DNA of 64,000 bases. It comes from Eutreptiella sp. 'Long Island Sound 2002' (lineage: Eukaryota; Protista; Euglenida). Position numbers and translations under genes: made by a program. Each line of letters opens with the position of its first letter. Position 1 is the stretch's first letter. Below are positions 34,037 to 46,800 of this stretch, piece after piece. The notes below the pieces were generated by a model, which searched no databases, was not told the DNA's origin, and worked only from the letters and a program-made list of their open reading frames with translations. Where the stretch lies: assembly GCA_964036045.1 (NCBI GenBank), contig OZ038378.1, positions 2,852,001 through 2,916,000 of the forward strand. Direction: 5' to 3'.

Positions 34037-34079
34037 CTGTGGCACAATGCAAAAGGCAGGATGATACGGCACTACGGTG

Positions 34080-36095
34080 CTGGGGCACGGAGTTGAGGCA
34101 TGAAGTCGGGGCCGAGACTGGGGTTTGCGGCCGAGGCATAGGGCTCAGGCATAGCAGTGAGGCATAGGGCTGGGGTATGTGACTGAGGGGCTACGGAGCT
34201 AAGGCATGGGGCTGGGTTCTGTGCTGGGGTACGTCACGAGGCTGAGGCATGCGACAGAGGACCAGCCTCAGCCTCAACCCCATGCCTTAGCCCATTCTTT
34301 GCCTTGGCATGATGCCTCAGCCAACATGCCAAGGCATGGGCTGCCACATGGGGCTGAGGCGGGTGCAGGAGTGAGGCAGCTGATGTACGGGGGTGGGGTC
34401 CAGCGTCAGGTTCGTGTCTGGGGCATGTGACAAGCACGAGCTTCCAGGCAAGGGGCTTCGGCATAGGGTTAAGGCATGGCCTGGGGCACAGGACATCAGG
34501 CCGAGTGCATGGCCTGAGCTCCAAGCCTCGGCCCTTGTGACTCAGCTGCCTTGCCCATATGCCTCAGCCCTAGGCCCAAATGTAATCATCATCCTCATGC
34601 CTTCACCCTGTGCCTCAGCCATGCCTCCGCCCCATGCATCAGCCTGCGTGCTGGCAGTAGTGCCAAAGTAAAGGGCGGAGGCACGGGACACAGGGCTAAG
34701 GCAGAACTCTCAGCCCTATGCCTTAGCCCTATGCCTTAGCCCAAGCCTATTCCTCAGGCCCTACGCCTCTTCCTCAGCCCCTCAGCAATATGACTCAGCC
34801 AGTCTTTCCCAACAAAGGCACCATCACATGCGCCTCCCCCTTGTACGCCCCATCATGCCCCATCATGGCACCCAATCTCAAAATCAAAGAAGTCACCCCG
34901 GGTGCGAGAGGATCCACACCCATCTATAGTTAAGACATCGGCGGACGTCCCAGGGGCCAAGGGGCAAGTCCATACACTATGGGAGTGCCTACTGTGCATC
35001 GCAGGCGCCGCAGGGTCAGGGGAATTAGCTGTAGGGTGAGGAGCACCGCATCAATTTTCCATAATTTTGGGTGAAAGAAGAAGGTCAAACGGGCACAATG
35101 GCAAGGCACAACCACTCAAAACGGACAAAAATGTTGTGATAGCTACTCCCGATTCAAAAATAAGGTTCACAAAGAGGACAATTTCCCCTGTTCAAAGATA
35201 ATTACCTAAAAATTGCGCGCCGCAGGATTAGCAACGGTGACCTTGCAAACATGGGACGCACATTTGGGATTCCAAGTACTCAATACTCCAAGTGCCTCCC
35301 ATGGAACTGATGGGCACAGAATTGGTAAAATCAGCAGAATCAGTATAGTCAGTAGATGCAGTAGAATCCGTAAAGTGGGTGATAAAGAAAGGACAATAGA
35401 GACTATGGTTGACAGGAATCCACAGGTCACCCCACCCAATCTCCTTGCCATCTCGAAGAAACGTAAGATGGCTTCATAACCCCTGCAATCTCAGGGATAA
35501 GCCAAATGGCTACTTAACGACTGCCATCTCCAGGGGAGGAAATGCGTGGGGCTTACACGACTTACCGCAAAAGAAAAAATTACACGAATTACAACATAAA
35601 CGGAAAAAATTAGCATTGGATGCGCAACCCTCGCCGGGGAAAACTGAAACGGCTTCGTGAGCCCTACTGCCTCAGAGAAAACTGAAATGGTTTATGAACC
35701 CCTGCCATCTCGGGGACCGGTGTTGTCTCGGGGTAACAGCAAATAGTTGTGGAACCCATGCTGTCTCGGAGAGGGACGAAATGGCTGCACATCCCCTACC
35801 TTCTCAGGGTCTCCAACGTGGAGAGGAATGACATGGGCTGCTTAACCTCAATGGCACCGAAAGTTGAACAAACGCCATCAAAAGTGGCTATATAACCTCT
35901 GCCGTCTCGCAGCCCTATGCCTTAGCCCAAGCCTATTCCTTGGCCCCCGTGCCTCCGCCGTTGGTCCTTATGCCGAAGCCCCAGGCCTCTGCCCTACCAC
36001 TATGCCTCAGCCCTATGCCTCTGCCCTAGGTCTCAGCCTGCTACTGAGCCCCTGTGCCTCAGCCTCAGTGCCAAGGCATCGGGCTGAGGCATGTG
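34080..36095. repeat. Fold-back minisatellite (GAGGCATAGGGCT / AGCCCTATGCCTC family) filling NMT intron 34037-36136
   Basis: 34080-34510 carries the motif in one orientation; 34520-34800 and 35910-36070 carry its reverse complement. Confidence 0.8.
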
Positions 36096-36136
36096 GTGGG
36101 AAATGTACATGGGGCTCAGGTACGTGCATTAAGAAC

Positions 36137-36670
36137 CTGAATGATATCAGACGACAGAATCACCCTCCGATTGGCCTCTTTGATCATCACCGGCGCCAAG
36201 CGTTTGGAGCGAATCTGGCGGTGGACACACAAAAAGTTGGGACACCCGACATGATGCACCTCCCCTTTCACCCGAATTGTAGCGGGCAACACCGCAATGA
36301 AGCCCACGATCTTGCCGCTGGCCTTCACACGAACCCCTAAGTGCCATTCGCGGCGCCACCCTGGCCCGGTCAGTGCCCACCGTAGAAACTCCTTCGAGTA
36401 AGCAAACCGGAACACTTCGTCGCTGTCCTCGACGTAGTGATTGTCGAGCAGGTCATGCACCGCGGTCAAGTCCGCGTCGTCCGTGACGTCTGGATGGAAC
36501 CATTCATACGCGGCCGGGATCTTGTACGGCTCCTGGTCCATTTTCGTCTTTAAGTCTGGGTCGATGACACCCTCCCCGGGCTGGGTCTCGGCACTACCCC
36601 CTGGCACTGACCACTGCGGCATCAATACACAGTCGGGAGCCGGAGGGGGCGGTGGATCTTCGCCTGGAGC
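36137..36670 (-). CDS. NMT: Glycylpeptide N-tetradecanoyltransferase, N-terminal-domain exon (start either ATG 36622 or an unidentified upstream exon)
   Basis: EPYKIPAAYEW...NHYVEDSDEVFRFAYSKEFLRWAL...NFLCVHRQIRSKRLAPVMIKEANRRV; acceptor CTTCCCTGTTCACAG at 36671; phase-0 donor CAG|GTTCTT at 36136 joins DIIQ|AVYTAG. Confidence 0.93.
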
Positions 36671-39600
36671 CTGTGAACAGGGAAGCAGAAAGGACTCAAG
36701 GGACCAGGTGTGAGGGACCACCGACCTTTGGTACAGTGCATTTCGGAGGGATTTGACGTTGGGTATTGATAGACTCGCTGTGTTTTGGTACGACCAATCA
36801 TGAGAACACCCTCGAGGAGGCGAGCTGATTCGTGGCTAAGCCATGGACCGGAAGCGACGACAGTGAGCCCGGAGGTACCGCTGCCCGGTCGGTACCAAGA
36901 TCCGGATTGAGGGAGAGACCGTAGCATGAAAGTCAGGGTGTTGTCTGTCACACTGCGTCTTAGGGCCTGGGGGTCCCGTCCAGACTGTGTGTGGCCCAGT
37001 TCATGTGCGGCCCAACAGCAGATGCGAATGCCAAATCAATGCAAAAGTAAACCGTGGGATGGAGTGGATGCCCCAATGAGTGACTCGGCGTGGAGGGCAC
37101 TGGCTCAGCAGGAGGGCAATGGCCAGGAGCAACACGCACCGGGGACCTCCTTCCTATTTTTTGGCAGGGCCGTGGGACCGCACAGTGGTCCACCTTAATG
37201 CGCCTACCCGCCGGAGAGAACGGCTGCGCGGTCCGCGCACAGCGTGGGGCATTCGGATCGTTGCAGTGCAATATACCCGGGGGAAACACCCAAAAAAAGG
37301 TCCCCGGGAAGCAGAATACATTCATCCAACCACCAACGCCACTGCACTCCTCCGACAACCACCTCCAAACAGAGTGCATGGACGATGCGTTCCGTTCCCG
37401 CCATAGACTGAAGCACCAACAGCCCCATGCCGTTCCCCTCCCATGGGCGCAAAAAAGGGCACGAGTTGAAATGACTTCGTGCCGCAACGGTAAGGCAGAG
37501 TTGTGGGGTTGCATGCAACATTTTTTTGAGGGCTGGTTCGCAACAAACTGTATGAATACAGTCAGATGAGTGTGGGCCAGCCCCAGTGCCGGGGTTGCAG
37601 TTCTACTGTGCCTGTGCCTGGATTCGTGTGTGTGCTGAATACGTACCTTCATGTATGGGGCCTAGAGACTGGCGATTGCATGGAGATGAGCGCTGCTCGA
37701 TCGTATGACAGGGCCTTCACAGCCAGTCTATACGGACTTTAAAATCGGTGGTTGTGGACTTAAATCTTATGCTTGGCTCCCAAAGCCCCGTGTGTAACAT
37801 AAGTGCATTCCGCCTCGAGGTAGGTCCCCACTGCTTACTCGTTCACAATGACGTTGTATTGGGTGCGGAATTGTTGGGTGGAATATGCGCCAGATCGGTA
37901 TGATACGCACGCCTACTGTCGCTCAGATAGGTAGCACACCAGACAATGGGGGGAGGAATGCAACATGAGGTCGTTGTGACAATGTAACAGGGAAAGCAGA
38001 CATGCCTGTCCGTTTTGTCCAGCAGCTTCGGACATGATGAAATAGGAACCACTGAACACAGCGCAGTGTGCGGCATGCAGCACGGCACTTGAGACAGCAT
38101 CCTACTTTTCAGGGCAAAATTACGAACCTTGCATCCCTCCCTCTTGCCCCACCCCTCATCGGCTTTCGCACGCAATGGTCCTCTCCTAACCCTCCCTTCC
38201 TTGTGTGGGGGGGGGTTAGCACAAGGCCTCGGTATCTGATTGTTTGCCTTTGGCGGCGCCTATTGGCCTCTCGCCACTGCTCATTCTGACCCTCTGTAGT
38301 CCGAACGCGTTTTGGTTGTGTCAACGGAGCCCCTGGATGACTTGTCCTGTTTGACTACTGCAGGGTCGGCTGTCCCGGAGACGGGCTGTTGCCCGTGCGG
38401 TTGACCAGGTGCATCCAGATGCACACTCCGAGTCCATGCTGGGTTTGCCGACTCCAGCACTGACTTGAGCGCGCTGGGGTGCGCATCTCCAGGACAATTT
38501 TCCTGACAGGGGCTTCTAACAACCACAATGATTCTTTCCCGTTTTTCCTTTACTTCTTCTCCTTCTGCGCTCTGCGCCATTTTCGGCGAGCGCGGTCTGC
38601 CCTGCCCTGTTACCCTCCTTGGTTTGTTCCTTTCCCCCTGCCCAGTGTCTTCCCAGCCCTCTCCATTTTGTCTGCCCTGGGGGGTATTGGGTGGCGGGGT
38701 GCGTGTTGCTGTAGGGAGGGGGTAAAGGAGGGGGGGGGGGGAGTGAGTGGGTTTGTCTCACTCTGCCCCCTCCTTCCCTTGAGGAGGGAGATCCTGGCTC
38801 AAGGAGGCTCCTTGTTGGTGTCGGTGTGCTTGGTCTGGGTGGTTTTGGCCACTTGCTTCTGCTGGCCCACATATCCCAGTCTGTCCTGGGCGTAGTTGCA
38901 TGCTGTTTGCTGGCATGATGGCCTTAGCTGACGCGGCGGTGGTAGACCATGCACGCAGCGCCCGCCGTCAGTCTAAGGGATCCGGACCGGGGCTAGTTTC
39001 CCTTCGTACGCGTCCCCGCAGTTGGGGAGAGGGAGGAGGCCGCGGCCTCTCCCCCGTCCCCTGTAAAGAGTCTGTTGGCTCAGCACCCAGGGTCCGCGGT
39101 GCCCCGGGCGTCTTTTCTGGGCTGTCCTTTTGCTGTCCTGGGCTGCCCTCTATTATTGTTGCATGGGGAGGGGGGGGGTTGGAGGTTGGGGAAGGGTCCT
39201 GAATGCACCCAGTCTGCAGGACACACCACAATAGTTGGACAAAGACCCAGTCTGCACAGGAAGCCAACAACCCAGACCAGCAAGAAAAGGCACGAAACTA
39301 AGCGATTTTTTTTGGCCGCCCCGACCAGTGGAATGGCGTTGGATGCATGTGAAATGACCAACCAAGTCTTCTTCATGTGTGCCAGAGGCAGAAACAAAAA
39401 GATGTTGCTTAGTTTGATGACGGTGAAAACATCCGAAAAAAAAGGCGAAGGGGAAAAGTGGGAGTGGGAGGTCTAGACAAGAGGGGGCCAGGCTGCACTT
39501 GGGAACAAGAGCAGACCCGAAGGAATAAAGCATGCATCCCTCTGTGGGATGGAGCCTCAGGCCCCTGGGAGAGGCATTTTGTGCTGTGCAACAAGGAGCA

Positions 39601-40850
39601 ACCTGCCAGAAAAATAGCCTGTTCACGATCAGAGAATTTTCATGAAATTGCAACCCACACATGCCGCCTGTAATCACCCCTTTATCTTTATGATTCAAGC
39701 CTCACTTCCTCGGCAGGGCTCCTTCAATACACTACCACACTACATAGGGGTAGTGGGCAGTGGCATCTTTTTGTGGCGTGCCATATTGCACAGGGCAGTG
39801 GATACCATAATCATACAAAGCCATTGAACCAGGACTAGTAGGAGCCTTGTTGTGGTACAAGGGATAAACACAGCTGGCTTCCTCTTACGCCGTTTGCCGA
39901 TTATCCTAAAAAATCATCGTCCAACAGACATTGCTTCACATTCAAAAGATAACACTATGCCTTCGTTACATCAAATTGCGAGGATCGCGACTCATCGTAG
40001 GGCAACAGGGAAGAAGGCACAATTGTTGGTAGATGGCTGTGCATACTATGGTTGTAATAACATGCATGAACGGTTTTGTCCTATAAATTGGAAAGGCCAT
40101 ACTTTGAGAAGAGTGGTTAAATCCAAGGCAGTGGCATCCTTGACTACACCACTGTGCTGCAAGTGGGGCAGTGTGTAATGGATAGCGGCGCCCTTCAATA
40201 CAGTACCACAATGTAGAGGGGTAGTGGGCAGTGGGCAGCGGCCCCCTTCAATACCCTACCACGCTATATGGGGGACAGTGGGCAGTTGTTCCTTCAGTAC
40301 AATTAGGGGGGCAACCGGCAGTGGCCTCCTTCGGTAAATGGTGGGCAGTGGCATACTCCAATACACTGTCGCACTGAAGGGGGGGGGGGGGTGGGGAGTA
40401 GGCAGTGGACCTCTTCAGTACATTGCCACACTGCATAGAGTTAGTGGGCAATGGAATCATTGCCACATTGCAAGCGGGGCAATGGGCAGCAGCCTCCATT
40501 AGTAAACCACCGTATTGTGTGGAGGAGGGTGGGTAGGAGCGGGGCAGTGGCCTCTGGTGGTACATTGCCACAGCACCGGGGGGCCAGCATATGGGCCGCA
40601 GCATCCTTCATTAGCACACTACAAGAGGGCCATGGGCAGTGCAGAGGGGCTATGGGTAGCGGCATCCTTTGGTGCACTTCCACGATGCACAAGGGCTCTG
40701 TTCTAGGGGGGCTTGTTCAATGCCAACGATTGTGTCTGCGTTCAGTTTGTCACCGGCTACACTGCTCCGTGGGTGTGCTTGTGTCTCTCTGTTTGAAAGA
40801 GCATTGCACACGCTCATGAGCCGGGCAAGCTGACGTCAGGAGACAGCGCT

Positions 40851-43800
40851 TCAGTGCAGGCGGCAGCGGTCGACTGCTGCACGGGCCTTCACAGTGGAAT
40901 CAGCCTCGTACCATGTGCCACTCGGTAATATCTGCACCTGTCGCACCTGGAATTCAGTATCCGACTCACTAGGCGCCAGCTCCTTCTGCTTATGTCTGAC
41001 GTGGTGGATTATGCTGGCAAACCCGGTCAAGAGGCTGCTCGAGGGTCTGGGGGCATTTGCCAGTGATCGCCCTGATTCACATTGAGCTGCATCAGGGCAC
41101 AGGCAGCTTTTCAGGCCTGTGTCGTGGTGCAAGGCAACCCCTGCGACTGCAGCTGTGATGAAGCGTGAATGAGTGTGTGCGGGCCTCCTTTTGTTGTTCG
41201 GGTGAGCTCCGTTGTTGTTTGTGAGGAGTTTGGTACGGGTGAGTGTGTGTGTGCGTCCGTGGATGGTGTTTGGTGTACTCTTGTAAGTAGGTTGGGTAGG
41301 TATGCAAACACTGACTTGACTACAAGACTACCCTTTAGTTGAACTACACAATGCCACTTGAATGTTTCCTCTTGAACATTACACTAAGGGACCTGCCCAG
41401 AAAATGCGAAAAAAATGCGGAAAATGCGAAAAAATGCGAATCGCATCCCCCCCCCCCCTGTGTAACGGACATCCTGGTCCTGCAGTCTGTATACGCTCTG
41501 CCCCCCCCCCCCCCCCCCAGCTCCGCTCTTCGGGGGTTTCTGTCTCACACTGGCGCTGTCAAGGACCCTGTGGCATCCCAAGGGCAGGCCAAGGATCTGC
41601 CAGTTGCACTCCTTCTGCATGTTTGACCCTGAAACCTGCTTGCGGTCATTCAGCACCACAGCCCCTCCCAACTGCACTGGACCCCTCTTGGAACAAACGT
41701 TGCACAACCCCCCACAACACTGCACCTGTTGCGCACCCCCTCACCTGCCCCCTGCCCCCGGCACTCCCAACCCCCCATCCACCCTCAAGCAACCTCAAGC
41801 AACGAAAGCAGGTGCCAATGTACTAAAGGGTACCGATGGACAAACACTGAAAAAAGGGGACACAGTGCCCCGAGTGTCTGTTAGTTGCGTGGCAGACACT
41901 GCCCATGTTCGCCACCAGCCGTCTGAATCCTTTATAGCTTTATAGCCGCTGCTCATAATCGTCACCAACTGCCCTAATCATGTGCAACCATTGGCCATAG
42001 CCACCACTAACTGGCATAAGGGCAGTGGCATCTTTCAGTACACTGCCTCACTGTGGGGGGGCAGTGGGTAGTGGTATCCTTCATGACACTCCACACTGCA
42101 GGGGGTGGGGGGAATGGGCGTGAATGTGCAGAGGTCGGGAAGGTGCATAAAAATGGCTGGTTGGTTATCAGGTGGCACAATAGTCGTGGAGTGCCACCTT
42201 TTCGTGTGCTAAGCAACCACCTTCGACACCCTCACAAAGCTGAGTAATGTACATGCGGTGCGATGGCGGTAAGCTCCTTGAAATGGTCAAGGACGGCGGC
42301 GACAGCCATAGTGTTTTTCGCGCCATGCCTCAAGCGGGTTAAGGGCAGAGCAATTGAGGCGGGTTGAAATACTGACGTATACGGCACACTAGAGAGACCT
42401 GGCTATTTCACCTGCAATACGCAGCGTTGCACTGCACGTTGCAGCGGGGACAAAGCATGGGCATTCACGCAAAGCGGCTCCATGCACCAGACCCACAAAC
42501 GCACGTCCCGCACGCACGCAGAGGCACAACACACACGCAAGCACGCAGGCGGGCAGCATGCATGAGGCTTTCTCAACTCCCCCTCCCTCCTGCACACCAA
42601 AGAACACATATGTACAAATGCCCGGATAGGGCCCCTATGCCGTCCATGCCCCAGTCAACCCTGATTCCCAGCATTTGCTCTTTCTGAGCTTCCCCCCCCC
42701 CCCCCCCCGCACATTCCCTCGTGCCCCTGCCCCTGACCTACACTTCACCTCGTATCCACACTGTCTGTACCAGATTTCGTCCAGGGATTCGCAAAGTATG
42801 TACAAGCTATGTACAAAGCGGGGGTACCTGAGACCGATGATCGTCGTAAGCAAAACACACCAGCTCTAGTGAGCGGGCAACAATGTTGGAAATGGGCAAT
42901 CTGCGGCAGCGGGGGATGGGGAACTGATAATGACCTCTTGTGGCACCCACTCTGCCTCCTGCCCACTCCCACTCCCACCTCCCATTTCCCGCCACCCCCC
43001 CCTCCCCCCCCCAAAAAAAAACCTCTCACCCACACCCCACGTGATCACACGTGCAGGTTGACTGCATTTCGCACCGCACCGCACCACATGTGGACGTGAC
43101 GAGAAAAAACTGGGCGGGGGGTGGAGGTGACCAAGGGGGAGCAGAGGTGGGATGGCTGGGGGGCGGAGGGTAGAGAAGAGGGGGACGGAGCTTGACAAGG
43201 GTTCGAAAACTGCGGTGCAGGCAGGGGGGCGCCTCATCCGCAACGGCACTCTCCCGCACTCTCCCTGAGGCTCATCAACAAAGTGCAGGCCTTTGGGCTT
43301 GGGCATGGGCACCCAGACCAAAACCGGGGTACCCCAGACCAAGAGACGCCCCCCTCAGACACTCACCCCCCGAATCATAGGGTATCATTGCCTCCCTCCT
43401 GCTGCTCCGTCTGAGGCTTCCGGGTATAAGTGTCCATCAACTGGGCCTTCCAGTCCCAGAGCAGAGATAGCCAATCGGGCTCGTCGATGGGACCTGCAGA
43501 ACGGGAGGGGGCCTGCACCGAGGGCAATGGGAGGGGGGCTGTAAACAGGGCAGTGCCGGGGGCTATACCTGTGGCAATGGGCCCCCTGTCAACACTCAGA
43601 CCAACCGAGTCGAAAGGAGAGGGAAACAAACGTGGCCTCGTTCTGTGGTTTGGTGGGGGCTTCCAGCGTGGGGCAGTGCAACGGGCTGTGGGCAGGGCTT
43701 GGGGGGCTGCAGATCCTGTCTGGGTATGCAATGGACAGCCGGCCTGTCCGTCCTCCTGCATGCATCCAAATGAGTCAGTGGCAAGAGGGCTTACCTGTCT

Positions 43801-46800
43801 GCCTCTCATAGTCTGCCATCTCCTCCAACAGCGTGTTCAACATTGCTAAAGCAAGCAAATAATGGATGTCGTGCGCTGCTCGGAAACAGGCACTACAGCA
43901 GCAGCGGCGGCGCGAGTGTCGTGCAGGGTTTCGCACAAGGCGACGGTGCTACAGGAATACTATGGTGAAGGGCCTTGGGAGGCTTGTGCGATGTATCCCT
44001 GTTTTCCCAGTCCTCCCTCTGGTGACCGATATCAATCAATTTCCTTTTTTGTAAATTTTGTATCATTGTTTTTCGGATGTCTCGCCAGCGAAATTAAACA
44101 ATTAACTTTGGCCATTCATGTCTTACATGCCCTGTTTTTGCCGAAACCTAGACGATGCCACAGACTTCAATGACAGTTCAGCTTGTCATAGCATTCTGGG
44201 TGAGTCGCCGGATCCTGGGACTGCAATCTCGGGTGGGCACATGCTGTACACAAAACACTCTGGGTGGATCCTGGCATTGCCATCTTGGGCAAACACATGC
44301 TGTGAGCTCCGGTGTTGCTTTAACGTGGCCGCGTGTGCGTGCCACAATGCAAGCCAAGCCCAAACAGCGGCACATTTAGGCTGACCACCCTCTCACACTT
44401 TCCTGTCGGACACGGAAGGCTTGAAGATGACTCGAATTTCATGTGGCCTCTGATGATTTGGTGACAACGTGCCAAGAATGATGCTGCGGCGGCATCAGTC
44501 TTCTTCTTCGCAGCAATCTCTCATACCAACTCTTCACTTCCACGCTGGACCTCTGGATGCCCATATTCAGGTGCAGGCACCAACAGTCCCCAAGAAAATT
44601 TTGGCTCGCTGCGGCATGCTGCGGCATGCTGCGGCACGCTGCGGCATGCTGTGGCATGCTGCGGCATGCTGCGGCATGCTTCAAGCTGTTGGTCAAGGGT
44701 ACCATCATTTTCCGAAAGCGGCACAGGTTTCAAAAACCTGTGATGCCTCGGTAGTTTGAGTATCCTCAGGACTTGACATGTCAAAACGACACCAAAAAAG
44801 CGAAGATCTGTGCAACAATAGAGAGGAACTGACAGGCAAAAAATTGCCCTCTCCAGGAATGGGACCCAGGCCTCTCCAAACTGCGACCTGGTACATAGAC
44901 CACTGAGCTACCACTCAGTTCTGCAGGTGCTTCTGCAATTTTCTGAAACTTTGTAGGAACGGTGAGCTTGTGCTTCATGTGTGGGATTGGAGGGGAGGCG
45001 TGACGCAACGACCGCTGTGTGGGCTGAGCCGCCCCTCCCAAAAAAAAAGTGTGTAGCATCTGAAGAGTGCATTCCACAGAGGGTCCGTATGTATTCCATC
45101 AGCGCATCTATCAAATGCGTGTCCCAAGATCTGTTCCTCTACTTCATCGGGTCCACTGTTTGAATCTTTGAATCCCTGTTTCCATCCCTTTGGGAGGTGT
45201 GGATCATCGGGATCAGCAGGTGCTCTGTGTATCCAGCGTCAGCCAGACCCATCTCACTACCCACGGCCAGCTCTTCCTGCGGTGCTCTGGACGGCGCTGA
45301 TAGTGGGTCCTACACAGGCAGGGCATCAAGGCGTTGAATCAAGGCGCCGGGTGGTGTCCTTGTTGTCCCACCTCAAACCCCTGACGGATTGCCGGTTTTA
45401 CCGCCATCGAGATGCAGTTTCATTCCCAGCCGCTGGCAAGGCGGGAGCAGTGGAAGGCAACCAGAGGGCTGAGGGTACCGGCGGTGGGGCGTCGTATTGT
45501 TGGCGAAGGGCAGCTGCGGAGTGGCGTCACCGGCTTTTGGCAGACAAACCAGGTGCGGTGGGTGGGATGCTCCGGGATGGCGCGTTTTCGGTAACACCAA
45601 ACATGGGAACCACACAACCGGACGCACGGGGTTGATCCACAGCCCCAGGAGCCGTGCGGCGGTTCCAAAGCTCCACGGCGATGCATGCGTGTCTGCAGAC
45701 ATAGCCCCGGCCCGGCCCGCGACACACCAACCAAGGCATTATAGGTATCCAGCAATGGGCTGAAGGCCCTCTGGAGATCTGCGAGGTCCTCCTCCAAGCG
45801 CCGCGTCAGGACTGTGCGGTAATCCGTGGCCTGCTTCCGGATCGCGTTGTACTCCTGAAAGATGAAGGGGGTGTGGGGGTGCCGTGACGGCGGAACGAGT
45901 GCACCGTCTCCGGACGCGCGTGACCGAGCGTGGCCTCGCGCTGCACCGGGCCATGCTCCTGCCACAGGGCGCGCGCCTCCGCCGCGTCCCCTTGGCCCGC
46001 CACAGCCGTCGCGAGGCGGTGCTGCGCGCCGGAGGGTCTCCGGGTGGGTCGTCCAGGGCCAATCAGAGTGTCCGCGCGTGTTTGCCGTTTGAGGGGGGAC
46101 TCCTCCACTTCTGGATCGGTGGGTTGGCTGCCAACCCACTGGGTTGGGCGCGAAGAGGGCGGGTTGCAAGCAAGTGCGGGGGGTGGGGAGCCTGCTTGGC
46201 CACCCCTGACCGCCGGGGAAAGGTACTTTGACTGTGTGAGAGTGGGACGGTGGTCCCGCTGCTCCCAAAGGCTGCTTCTGCCCCCAAACGTCCCCCTCCT
46301 GCCCACGGGGGGGCGACTACAACCGGTCCTGATGCGACATACCCCCCAGCTATCTGTCAAAACTTGGGGGGGGGGGGGCGCAGTTGGGGGGGGGGGTCCA
46401 GCCGGGGGTCGGGGGGGGGGGGTCAAGGTGGGGGTCGGGGGGGTCCTGAGAAAACTGTCCGGCGCCAAAGGCGCCAATTTTTTTTTTCATACTATGTGTT
46501 TATACTCAAAATACTCAAAATTTTGTAGAGAATTCATATTTGTGTTAAAACAACAAGAAAAAGAATTTGACAAGAAGAAGGGCTACAGGAGGGCTGCAGG
46601 CCCTAACAGCAACCCTAGCCCTAACCCTCCCGGCAGGACCTCTAGGGACACTTGTTGGTGGCCGCCCCGCCACCACTATCTCTCAAAACCCGGGGGGGGG
46701 GGGGGGCTGGGGGGTGTCGCATACAAGGATCGGGCCCGGCCGCCCCCCCGTGCTCCTGCCGGCGCCGGCGAGGTCCACGCAACATCCGTTCCAAGACAGC

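Noticed and set aside
12985-36670. Euglenid non-conventional introns in the identified genes
   Set aside because: Every junction I could place is explained by GT-AG with correct phase.
38281-38580. ORF MAQSAEGEEVKEK... as the first NMT exon
   Set aside because: No NMT similarity and no convincing phase-0 donor; left unresolved.
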